Assembly (NCBI GenBank): GCA_937876125.1
Contig: CALEHF010000226.1
Span: 1-51,930, forward strand
DNA: 51,930 bases
Direction: 5' to 3'
Origin: an uncultured bacterium
GTDB lineage: Bacteria > Planctomycetota > UBA8108 > UBA1146
The translations under genes and the position numbers were made by a program. Every line of letters starts with the position of its first letter. Within the stretch, counting starts at the first letter, position 1. Positions 43,814 through 51,930 of this stretch are shown one piece after another. Below the pieces are notes generated by a model that was not told the DNA's origin, made no database searches, and worked only from the letters and a program-made list of their open reading frames with translations.

Positions 43814-45244
43814 ATGAAATTTCCGAGAGTCATTCAAGGGGGCATGGGCGTGGGAGTCTCCGGCTGGCAACTCGCTCGCGCGACTTCGAAGCGCGGTCAG
43901 ATCGGCGTCGTCTCTGGCACTGCGCTCGACATCGTCCTCGCCCGGCGCTTACAGCTCGGCGATCCGGGAGGTCACATGCGACGTGCCCTTTCTACGTTTC
44001 CCGATCGGGGTCTGGCGCATCGAGTTTTGGATCGCTACTTCATCGAGGGAGGCAAAGAGTCGGGGCGCCCGTTCTCGGCGAAACCGATGATCGGTCACGA
44101 GTTGAGTCGTCAACTCGAAGAGCTCATGGTCGCGGCGAATTTCGTCGAGGTGACCCTTGCGAAGGAGGGTCACGATGGTTGGGTCGGAATCAACTACCTC
44201 CACAAGATCCAGGCTCCGCTCCTGCCATCTCCGTACGGGGCGATGCTCGCGGGTGTCGACATCGTCATCGTCGGCGCCGGGATTCCACTCGACATCCCGC
44301 AGATCCTCGACAGCCTCACCCGGGGCGAGCCCGCGAGTCTACAGTTGCACGTCGCCGGCTCGACGAGCGGAGCCGTTCACCGGATGACCTTCGATCCGAG
44401 CCGGCTGTTCGCCGAGCCTCTCGCACCGCCCCCGCGTCCTCGATTCTTCCCCATCGTCTCTTCCGTAACCCTCGCCTCGCTCTTGCTCAAGAAGTGTCAG
44501 GGGAAAGTGGACGGCTGGATCGTCGAGGGACCGACGGCGGGGGGGCACAACGCGCCGCCGAGGGGATCCTCTCCTCTCAGCCCCGCCGGGGAGCCGGTCT
44601 ATGGTCCCCGAGATGCGATCGATCTGCCGGCGATCGCCGCGCTCGGGCTCCCTTTCTGGCTGGCAGGATCCTACGGGAGCCGGGAGAAACTCGGGGAAGC
44701 GCTCGCGGCGGGCGCGGCGGGGATCCAGGTCGGGACGCTCTTTGCTTTCTGCGAAGAGTCGGGGCTGACGGCGGATCTCAAACGGAAGTTCATCGAGCGC
44801 TGCCGAGAATCTGCGCCGCAAGTGCACACCGATCCGGTCGCCTCACCGACGGGGTTCCCGTTCAAGGTTCCTGCGATGCCGGGAACGCTCTCCGATCCCG
44901 AGGTGTATGCGAAGCGGAAGCGCCGTTGCGACTTGGGTTATCTCCGGGAGGCGTACACACTCCCCGATGGAACTCTCGGGTGGCGCTGTGCGGCGGAGAA
45001 TCCCCCGACCTACGTATTCAAGGGGGGGCGCATCGAGGATACGGTCGGTCGCAAGTGTCTCTGCAATGGCCTGCTGGCGAACATCGGTCTGGCCCAGGTC
45101 CGAGACGGCAAAGAAGAACCGCCGCTTCTGACGTGTGGCGATGATTTGTCGGCGATCGTCCCCTTGTTGAGTGCGGGAAAGGACTCCTATGGGGCAGGGG
45201 ATGTGATAGATGCGCTGCTCGCCGGTGATGTCGCGCACAAGTGA
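43814..45244 (+). CDS. nitronate monooxygenase (NMO / 2-nitropropane dioxygenase-like) family flavoprotein
   Basis: N-terminal VIQGGMGVGVS...QIGVVSG. TIM-barrel FMN pattern (GAGIP..., IVEGPTAGGH, WLAGSYG). Start at ATG 43814 or GTG 43805. Confidence 0.72.
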   Translation: MKFPRVIQGGMGVGVSGWQLARATSKRGQIGVVSGTALDIVLARRLQLGDPGGHMRRALSTFPDRGLAHRVLDRYFIEGGKESGRPFSAKPMIGHELSRQLEELMVAANFVEVTLAKEGHDGWVGINYLHKIQAPLLPSPYGAMLAGVDIVIVGAGIPLDIPQILDSLTRGEPASLQLHVAGSTSGAVHRMTFDPSRLFAEPLAPPPRPRFFPIVSSVTLASLLLKKCQGKVDGWIVEGPTAGGHNAPPRGSSPLSPAGEPVYGPRDAIDLPAIAALGLPFWLAGSYGSREKLGEALAAGAAGIQVGTLFAFCEESGLTADLKRKFIERCRESAPQVHTDPVASPTGFPFKVPAMPGTLSDPEVYAKRKRRCDLGYLREAYTLPDGTLGWRCAAENPPTYVFKGGRIEDTVGRKCLCNGLLANIGLAQVRDGKEEPPLLTCGDDLSAIVPLLSAGKDSYGAGDVIDALLAGDVAHK

Positions 45245-45329
45245 CCTCAAGTTTCCGCTTCGATCCTGCCGATACTTCTCTGCTAGGTCCGCTGCTCAGC
45301 AACCCTCACCGGACAGCATAGGAGTCGTC

Positions 45330-45797
45330 GTGGGCATGAAGAACATCGCAATTTTCGGGTGTCTTGTCGTCGCAACCGTCGTCAGTTTCACTCTCCTCAG
45401 ACCGAGCGGAACCGCTGACGCCGCACCGCGGGTGTCGGGAAGCATGAAGGTCGAACTGATCGTCGAGGTGGGGAAGGGAAGCTCGATCGCAGCGATTTCG
45501 AAGGCGATCTCGAACATCGGATCGAGCGGCCAGGACGGAGTCCGGGTCGATTCCTTTTTCGATATCACGTATTGCGCGAACATCGGCTCGAGTGGCCTCG
45601 ACGGGTACCAAGTCGATTCGTTCTTCGACATCTTCTACAGCGTCGCACCGGACCTCGACACCGAGATGGTGGCGTTGTCGTTGAAGTGCACGCTCGACAA
45701 CCCGAACGATCCGGGCTTCGCCATCGACGTGGTGAAAGCTGCCGCAGTTCGAGCGGGGGGGACGGTCTACTACGGACACGTGACGGTCCTCAAGTAG
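45330..45797 (+). CDS. hypothetical secreted protein with a 21-aa tandem duplication
   Basis: AGGAG is 5 nt before GTG 45330 (ATG at 45336). Signal peptide. SNIGSSGQDGVRVDSFFDITY / ANIGSSGLDGYQVDSFFDIFY. Confidence 0.6.
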   Translation: MGMKNIAIFGCLVVATVVSFTLLRPSGTADAAPRVSGSMKVELIVEVGKGSSIAAISKAISNIGSSGQDGVRVDSFFDITYCANIGSSGLDGYQVDSFFDIFYSVAPDLDTEMVALSLKCTLDNPNDPGFAIDVVKAAAVRAGGTVYYGHVTVLK

Positions 45798-45832
45798 GAC
45801 CGAACGCGACGCCCCGACGCGCGGGCGACGAG

Positions 45833-45875
45833 AAAAAAATACACGGGCCAGGAGCCGCGCTCCTGGCCCGTTTTG
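45833..45875. terminator. bidirectional intrinsic terminator
   Basis: AAAAAAATAC-ACGGGCCAGGAGC-CGC-GCTCCTGGCCCGT-TTTT, between convergent genes. Confidence 0.8.
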
Positions 45876-45922
45876 TCATGAAAGTGATCCGCTCTCGCTC
45901 GCCGGCCGCCGGCTCCTCGGGT

Positions 45923-46768
45923 TCAGGGGCAGAACGGGAAGACGAGGCACTCGAGGGTTGGATTGGGATCGGACCCGCAATTGGGGAACGGCGGGTTGGG
46001 GGGGGGGCCCCCCATGAAGAAGAAGTTCAGGATCAGGACCGGGTCTCCCAGATCGATGGTGCCATCATCGGTGGCATCGAGAGCCAAGAGGCAGTTCACC
46101 GGCTGCGAGAGGAACAGAAATGACAGGGCCAAGATCGGATCGATGAGCCCGACGGTACCGTCGCCATTCGCGTCACCCCGCACGAAGGTACTGAGGATCT
46201 GGATCGAGCCATTCACGAGTGTCAGATCCGGGCCGACGATCGCTTCGGAGATGTTACTCACGGCGCCTGTGGGGATCGCGAAGACTTCCGTACTCGCAAA
46301 GGTGCCAGCAGGCGCGTTTGGAATCATCAAGGTATTCGAAAAGGTGAGGGGTGTGTTGATGCCTCCGGTTGCCAGGGTGTCGTAGCAGAGCTTGAAGATT
46401 TCAAGGTCTGTGCCGACGGGGATCGTCATGAGGACAGGGTCGAAGTCGACGATCAATCCCGCGATCACCCCCTCGCTTCCGATCTGAGTGGTCTGGAGGG
46501 AGACCCCGGCCGGTACATCCACCCCCAGACTGACGGAACAGGCGGAGACCTCCGCATTGTTGTGCGCCACCGCGATCCCCACGGAAGTCACACCCAGATG
46601 GTCTGCGGAGGTGAGAAACACTGACACCTCGACTCCAGCCGTCGTCTGATTCGCGAGCACCATGTCCTCAATGTCGAGGGTCGCGGTCGCCGCCGCGCTC
46701 ACTCCCGCCAAGAGGAGGACAAGGGTCAAGGCGATGATCGACACGGACGTAGACTTGAAACCTATCAC
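45923..46768 (-). CDS. secreted cohesin-like domain protein with C-terminal dockerin-like 4-Cys module
   Basis: Start at GTG 46768 (GAGGAGGA upstream) or ATG 46792. Signal peptide IIALTLVLLLAGVSAAA. Cohesin-like GVTSVGIAVAHNNAEVSACSVSLG. Tail FVRGDANGDGTVGLIDPILALSFLF...DATDDGTIDLGDPVLILNFFF...CGSDPNPTLECLVFPFCP. Confidence 0.65.
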   Translation of the reverse strand: MIGFKSTSVSIIALTLVLLLAGVSAAATATLDIEDMVLANQTTAGVEVSVFLTSADHLGVTSVGIAVAHNNAEVSACSVSLGVDVPAGVSLQTTQIGSEGVIAGLIVDFDPVLMTIPVGTDLEIFKLCYDTLATGGINTPLTFSNTLMIPNAPAGTFASTEVFAIPTGAVSNISEAIVGPDLTLVNGSIQILSTFVRGDANGDGTVGLIDPILALSFLFLSQPVNCLLALDATDDGTIDLGDPVLILNFFFMGGPPPNPPFPNCGSDPNPTLECLVFPFCP

Positions 46769-47090
46769 GGGTCCTCCTCTGGAGATGCACACGAGAACTA
46801 GAGAGTGAGAGTCGACAGTTGGGCTGCGGGAACTCGAATGGCGAGGATGGAGTGCGATCGGGCTCCCGGGAGCTGACAGGTCAGCAAATGACCCGGATTG
46901 GAATAGTTCGATCGAGCCAGACGCATCCTCGTCGACGGTGCGCGCATAACGGCAGCCATCCTCCCGAATCGAGATAAGCGAGCACGGAAACTAGCGGGAA
47001 TCGTGCAGGCTCAGGGTACTCAAGAGTGCACCAGGATTGCAAGTGAGCCGTTCCCTCCCTCCGGCGTCCCAAAGGGTCAAGGAAGAGCAA

Positions 47091-47199
47091 GCCGCCCTTG
47101 TCCCTGGGCCCTCCCGGAGGGTGCCCGTGCCGCCAGGAACAGCCATGCCGAGCGATCCGCGGGCTCTGGAACCGAAGTGCCAAGAGCGTTGGGCCGACC
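47091..47199 (+). repeat. degenerate upstream copy of the leuS start region (partner 47392-47502)
   Basis: About 80% identity by hand alignment over about 110 nt, including an ATG (47145) and codons PSDPRALEPKCQERWAD versus PYDPRAIEPKWQKIWAD. The two ATGs are exactly 303 nt apart. Confidence 0.85.
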
Positions 47200-47447
47200 C
47201 GCTCCAATCGACGAATTCTCAGGCGCTGCGCTCGGGATTCGGGTCTCCCCTTCCCCGCAAACTCCCCTACGCACTGAGGCGCCCACCCCCTAGAATCCTC
47301 GCTCCACGTTCGAGAACGGCGAGCGACCGGGTTTCACGACCTTGGCCATATCTGGTCTGGCCGTATCGCGACGGTCGCAGTGCGTCCTCGAGCCACCCTT
47401 GTCCGTGCGCTCCCATTGGGGGGGTGCCCCTGCTGCCAGGAGCAGCC

Positions 47448-49889
47448 ATGCCGTACGATCCGCGGGCCATCGAACCGAAGTGGCAGAAGATCTGGGCCGA
47501 CCAGAACCTGTTCCACGCCGGCGAGCGCCCCGACCGCCCGAAGTACTACATCCTCGATATGTTCCCGTACCCCTCGGGGTCGGGGCTCCACGTCGGTCAT
47601 ACCGAGGGGTACACCGCCTCCGACATCATGTCGCGGTACCAGCGGATGAAGGGGTACGACGTCCTCCATCCGATGGGGTGGGATGCGTTCGGCCTCCCCG
47701 CCGAGCAGTACGCGATCGAGCAGGGGGTGCACCCCGAGGTCTCGACCCGCGCGAACATCGAGAACTTCCGCGGCCAGCTCCAGGCGATGGGGTACTCCTA
47801 CGACTGGCGACGCGAGTTCGCGACCTGCGATCCCGAGTACTACCATTGGACGCAGTGGATCTTCCTGAAGCTCCTCGAGAAGGGGCTCGCCTATCAGGAG
47901 GAAGCGCTCGTGAACTGGTGCCCCGAGCTGGGGACCGTTCTCGCGAATGACGAAGTGATCGAAGGCAAGAGCGAGCGCGGCGGTCACGACGTCGTCCGCC
48001 AACCGATGAAGCAGTGGATGCTGCGCATCACCGCGTACGCGGATCGACTGCTCGAAGGACTCGACACCGTCGATTTCCCCGAGTCGATCAAGGCGATGCA
48101 GCGCGATCGTATCGGTCGCTCCGAAGGGGCGGATGCCACGTTCACCATCGACAGTACCGCTCTCGGAAGCGTCCTGGCGATCGAGGTCTTCACGACTCGA
48201 CCCGATACGATGTTCGGCGCGACCTTTTGCGTGCTGGCCCCCGAACACCCGTTGGTGAAGGTGATCGCGACCGATGCCATGCGCCCCGCCGTCACCGCCT
48301 ACTGCGAAGATGCAGCGCGAAAGTCAGATATCGATCGCGCCGGGGCGGATGCGGGAAAAACCGGTGTCGACACCGGGGCGTTCGCGGTCAATCCGGCGAC
48401 CGGCGACCGCGTGCCGGTCTGGGTCGCGGACTACGTACTGATGGGTTACGGCACCGGAGCGATCATGTGCGTGCCCGGCCACGACCAGCGCGACTGGGAC
48501 TTCGCAACAGCCTTCGGCTTGCCGATCACCGAAGTGATCACCGGCGGAGATGTCACCGAGTGTGCGTGGACCGGCGACGGCACGCTGGTCAATTCTGGCT
48601 TCCTCGACGGCAAGTCCACCGGAGCTGCCATCCGCGCCATGATCGATTGGCTGGAAGCGAAGCAGATCGGCAAGGGGGTCGTGCGTTACAAACTGCGCGA
48701 TTGGATCTTCGCCCGACAGCGGTACTGGGGAGAGCCGGTGCCGGTCGTGATCGACCAAGATGGCGTGGTGCATCCCCTGCCGGAGAGCGCGCTGCCGGTC
48801 GAGCTGCCGATGCTCGACGACTTCAAGCCGACCGGCACGGGGAAGTCCCCACTCGAGCGCTCGGGCGATTGGCTGAAGGCTGAGGTTCCGGGCTCGAATT
48901 CTCCGAGCCCAAAACCCGCGACCCGTGAGATCGACACCATGCCCGGCTCTGCGGGATCGAGCGCGTATTTCCTTCGCTTCATCGATCCCCAGAACCCCAA
49001 GGCAATCTGTGATCCCGCACTCGCAAAACGCTGGATGCCGGTTGACCTCTACCTCGGCGGCGCAGAGCACGCGGTGGGGCACTTGTTGTACTCGCGCTTC
49101 TGGACGAAGTTCCTCTTCGACATCGGGGTTTGCCCGGTGGAAGAGCCGTACCAGAAGCTAGTCAATCAAGGGATGATCCTCGGCGAGGACAACCGCAAGA
49201 TGTCGAAGCGCTTCGGCAACGTCGTGAATCCGACTGATGTGATCGCGAGCCACGGTGCCGACTCCCTGCGCGTCTATGAGATGTTCATGGGGCCGATCGA
49301 AGCGGACAAACCGTGGTCGACCGGCGGCTTGGAAGGGGCGTGGCGCTTCTTGGGCCGGGTTTGGCGACTCTTCTTCGATGCCAACGACGACTCGCTGCGC
49401 GTCGATGAGTCAGAGCCGACCGAGGATCAAGTGCGACTCTTGCACAGAACGATTGCGGTCGTCGGCGAAGACACGGGCAATCTGCGCCTGAACACCGCGA
49501 TCGCTCGGATGATTGAGTTCACCAACGAAATGACACAGAGCGAGGCGCGACCCCGTTCGGTGCTCGAGCCGTTCGTGTTGCTGCTCGCTCCGTACGCTCC
49601 GCATATCGCTGAGGAGATCTGGGAGCAGCTCGGCCACACCGACTCGATCCTGTGGCACGCGTTCCCAGAGGCGGACCCGAAGTGGCTCGTCGTGGACACG
49701 GTCGAAGTTCCCGTGCAGGTCAACGGTAAGGTCCGCGCGCGATTGATGGTGCCCACAGAGATCGAAGAGGCGGCGATTCGCGAGTTGGCGCTCGCCGATG
49801 AAAATGTGCTCGCATACACCGCTGGAAAACAGATAGTGAAGTTCATCTACGTCCCGGGTCGCATGGTGACCGTCGCGGTCAAAGGGTGA
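47448..49889 (+). CDS. leuS: leucine--tRNA ligase
   Basis: MPYDPRAIEPKWQKIW...FPYPSGSGLHVGH (HIGH), KMSKRFGN (KMSKS). Start placed at ATG 47448. The upstream 137 codons of the ORF-track ORF are not protein-like. Confidence 0.96.
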   Translation: MPYDPRAIEPKWQKIWADQNLFHAGERPDRPKYYILDMFPYPSGSGLHVGHTEGYTASDIMSRYQRMKGYDVLHPMGWDAFGLPAEQYAIEQGVHPEVSTRANIENFRGQLQAMGYSYDWRREFATCDPEYYHWTQWIFLKLLEKGLAYQEEALVNWCPELGTVLANDEVIEGKSERGGHDVVRQPMKQWMLRITAYADRLLEGLDTVDFPESIKAMQRDRIGRSEGADATFTIDSTALGSVLAIEVFTTRPDTMFGATFCVLAPEHPLVKVIATDAMRPAVTAYCEDAARKSDIDRAGADAGKTGVDTGAFAVNPATGDRVPVWVADYVLMGYGTGAIMCVPGHDQRDWDFATAFGLPITEVITGGDVTECAWTGDGTLVNSGFLDGKSTGAAIRAMIDWLEAKQIGKGVVRYKLRDWIFARQRYWGEPVPVVIDQDGVVHPLPESALPVELPMLDDFKPTGTGKSPLERSGDWLKAEVPGSNSPSPKPATREIDTMPGSAGSSAYFLRFIDPQNPKAICDPALAKRWMPVDLYLGGAEHAVGHLLYSRFWTKFLFDIGVCPVEEPYQKLVNQGMILGEDNRKMSKRFGNVVNPTDVIASHGADSLRVYEMFMGPIEADKPWSTGGLEGAWRFLGRVWRLFFDANDDSLRVDESEPTEDQVRLLHRTIAVVGEDTGNLRLNTAIARMIEFTNEMTQSEARPRSVLEPFVLLLAPYAPHIAEEIWEQLGHTDSILWHAFPEADPKWLVVDTVEVPVQVNGKVRARLMVPTEIEEAAIRELALADENVLAYTAGKQIVKFIYVPGRMVTVAVKG

Positions 49890-49992
49890 GAGGAAGTGTC
49901 GGCGCGGGGATCTCTCCGAGCCGCCACTCTCTCGACCGAAGTGACTTGTTCAACACGCAGCTCACGTCCTCCCCATTTTCGGAGATCTTCCC

Positions 49993-50277
49993 TTGAAGTT
50001 TCAACACTGGATCGACGACGCCCCGACGATCGATCACGAAGACGCCGATGGTCGTCACGAAGTGATCGGCCAGTTCCGCTCCTCGAACGGGATCGTGCAA
50101 GCGAAGGTCCTCGCGGCGACCAGCGACCCCCGCGATTGGCAACGCATCATGGAAGCGATCGAAACCCTCGGCAGCCTGAACTTCGGCCTCGACAACCTGC
50201 CTCGTCGCGCCAATGGCACTCTCGCCTACGGCATCGATCTCGTCGGCCACCGGGTGGAGTACGTGTTTCCTGGCTGA
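49993..50277 (+). CDS. hypothetical small protein
   Basis: 94-codon ORF with a TTG start, GGAGA 8 nt upstream and high GC3. No family recognised. Confidence 0.5.
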   Translation: MKFQHWIDDAPTIDHEDADGRHEVIGQFRSSNGIVQAKVLAATSDPRDWQRIMEAIETLGSLNFGLDNLPRRANGTLAYGIDLVGHRVEYVFPG

Positions 50278-50437
50278 TCGGGAAGCTGGCGAGCTCGACC
50301 TCGGAATTGTGATCGCTTTCCTCGGGTGGTTCCCACTCCTTGGAAACTGCAGTCGCTGAGACACGTTTGACCGGGCAATCGGGCTCGATTCGTCGAGCCC
50401 GGTTGCGTGATCGAACCCCCTGCGCTTTCATTGGAGC

Positions 50438-51358
50438 ATGAACAAGATCCTGATCCTGGTCGGCTGCCTGATCGTCGGGGCCGCCGGCTACCTCTATTTC
50501 CGCCCGCTTCCGCTCGTCTCGACCCCGCCATCCGATGCGGCCGAGATCGGTGTGCGAAATGAACTCGGACCCGACTTCGTTCTCGAGGGCGAGGTGACGA
50601 GCCCTGGTGCAGCCCAGAGTCCTCTTGGAGCACCGAGACGGGTGCGTCACCAGCCGACCGGGATCGTGTTCATCCGCGTCGAGCCGGGTATCTTCCTGCG
50701 CGGTTCTCCCGACTCCGAGGAGTTCCATCAGCAAAACGAAGCGCAGTTCGAGGCCTCGGTGGAGGCGCCGTTCTATCTCGCAGAGACGGAGTTGACGGTC
50801 GGCGAGTGGAAGTCGGTGATGGGTGCAGAGACTCCCCTCGAGCAGAGCTCGGACGACTTACCTCTCGCAGGTCTCTCCTGGCACCAAGCTCAAGATCTCT
50901 TGATCGCGCTGAACGAGCGCTTCGGCGGGGGGTGGCGGCTGCCGACCGAAGTGGAATGGGAACACGCTTGTCGTGCCGGGACTACGACTCCTTTCTCGTT
51001 CGGAGAGGCGATCACCTCCGACCTCGCGAACTTCAACGGGGAGCGTCCCTATCCGAAGAGCCAGGCCGAGAAGGGGCTCAATCGCGAGGGTCCCATCGCC
51101 GTGAAGAGTTTTCTCCCGAACGCGTGGGGCTTCTACGACATGCACGGAAATCTTTGGGAGTGGTGCTCTGACCTCTACGTGGGTCATCCCGAGTACGGCG
51201 ACGTTGCGAAGGATGAGCCGGGCGCCTCGCGCGTGATCCGCGGGGGTGGGTTCGCCGCGCATGGAAAGCGCTCCCGCTCCGCGTACCGCGACGGCTATCC
51301 CCCCTATAGTTCCGGCGAGAAGTACGGTGTTCGTCTCGCTCTTTCGGTCAGACGGTAA
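50438..51358 (+). CDS. formylglycine-generating enzyme (SUMF1/FGE-sulfatase) family protein, membrane-anchored or secreted
   Basis: N-terminal TM. GWRLPTEVEWEHACRAGT, WGFYDMHGNLWEWCSD, RVIRGGGF....RSAYR. Confidence 0.85.
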   Translation: MNKILILVGCLIVGAAGYLYFRPLPLVSTPPSDAAEIGVRNELGPDFVLEGEVTSPGAAQSPLGAPRRVRHQPTGIVFIRVEPGIFLRGSPDSEEFHQQNEAQFEASVEAPFYLAETELTVGEWKSVMGAETPLEQSSDDLPLAGLSWHQAQDLLIALNERFGGGWRLPTEVEWEHACRAGTTTPFSFGEAITSDLANFNGERPYPKSQAEKGLNREGPIAVKSFLPNAWGFYDMHGNLWEWCSDLYVGHPEYGDVAKDEPGASRVIRGGGFAAHGKRSRSAYRDGYPPYSSGEKYGVRLALSVRR

Positions 51359-51531
51359 GCTCGATCGAGCGGGGCTGCGACTCCCACGACCGAGTGATCA
51401 TGCCCCAAGAGCCATCCTCGAAGCGTTCAGGATTCCTCCTGAGCCAAGGGCCTTGCTCCCCGGGCATTTTCGTGGACTATGGCCCAATCTCCCGCTGTCT
51501 ACGGGCCCACAGCACTCTCGGAAGGTGATCG

Positions 51532-51930
51532 ATGCGCGATCTCTCCTCACTCTTCGCGATCCTTTTGATCTCGGTTTTCCTCGCGCCTCTCTCTACCGGT
51601 CTCGGAACTGCATCTCTCGGAGTCGTGGTCGCGGTGGAACCCGCGTTCGAGCCGGCTCCCGTTGCAGCGGCACCTGCTGACGACGATGACGATGATGACG
51701 ACGAAGACGCCGAAGAAAAAGAGCCCGTCGAGATCCCGCCGCCTCCCTTCGACAGCCTCGATCTCCCTGATGACCTCGATCCCAAGGTCCGGGCCGAGTA
51801 CGAGAAGGCCCTCGAGTTGTTCGAATCGGCGCGCAAGAAATTCAGGGACAAGGATAAGCGCAAGGAAGCCGTGCGCGCGATGAAGCGCCTGAAGAAGAAG
51901 CTGCCGAGTGGGGAAGCGCACTTCCACCTA
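51532..51930 (+). CDS. hypothetical secreted protein with an acidic tract (partial, runs off the window end)
   Basis: ATG 51532 is open to the window end (133 codons). Signal peptide MRDLSSLFAILLISVFLAPLSTG, a poly-Asp run, then helical K/E-rich sequence. High GC3. Confidence 0.55.
   Translation, partial: MRDLSSLFAILLISVFLAPLSTGLGTASLGVVVAVEPAFEPAPVAAAPADDDDDDDDEDAEEKEPVEIPPPPFDSLDLPDDLDPKVRAEYEKALELFESARKKFRDKDKRKEAVRAMKRLKKKLPSGEAHFHL

Noticed and set aside
13316-46792. RGD tripeptide at the start of every dockerin-like tail, as an integrin-type adhesion motif.
   Set aside because: The RGD is simply the start of the conserved RGD.N.DG calcium-loop consensus. There is no independent reason to infer integrin binding.
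47037-47447. 137-codon N-terminal extension of LeuS suggested by the 950-aa ORF.
   Set aside because: The extension is Arg/Pro/Ser-rich with weaker position-3 G/C. Canonical LeuS begins MPYDPR..EPKWQ at 47448. The upstream ATG belongs to the degenerate duplicated copy.
50380-50401. CGGGCTCGA-TTCG-TCGAGCCCG hairpin upstream of the FGE-family gene, as a possible terminator or attenuator.
   Set aside because: It is a clean 9-bp stem with a UUCG loop but has no U-tract. Its function cannot be decided from sequence alone.

Overview
GC-rich (by eye well above 60%, strong G/C bias at codon position 3) bacterial chromosomal window with about 40 protein-coding genes. I recognised no rRNA, tRNA, CRISPR array, transposase or integrase. 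Housekeeping genes: ettA, thyA-folA, leuS, an M20 peptidase, a POT peptide transporter, egtB-egtD (ergothioneine) and a MoxR/DUF58/DUF4350/DUF4129 operon. These are interleaved with an unusually dense set of secreted or surface proteins: FG-GAP/ASPIC, delta-60 propeller, L-type lectin, LamG, cohesin-like, EF-hand, and beta-propeller/di-haem proteins. Main observations: (1) Five proteins share a roughly 90-aa C-terminal dockerin-like double Ca-loop module ending in a 4-Cys tail. Two of them carry cohesin-like N-domains and one is a pentahaem cytochrome. A sixth, minimal and frame-broken copy sits upstream of one of them. (2) An ECF sigma / anti-sigma / TPR-CHAT protease operon has no usable CHAT start codon, and its upstream promoter-like motif recurs upstream of a 1139-aa propeller/di-haem gene. 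(3) A SelW-like selenoprotein gene (CxxU, SECIS-like hairpin) is invisible to the ORF track, and a second UGA-interrupted ORF has a hairpin at the same spacing. (4) The pentahaem cytochrome is translationally coupled to a NapH-like polyferredoxin-TPR membrane protein. (5) The leuS start region is partially duplicated, there are AT-rich 17-bp tandem repeats, and there is a 0.94-kb gene-free gap. Many long ORFs in the track are antisense shadow ORFs typical of high-GC DNA and are not called.
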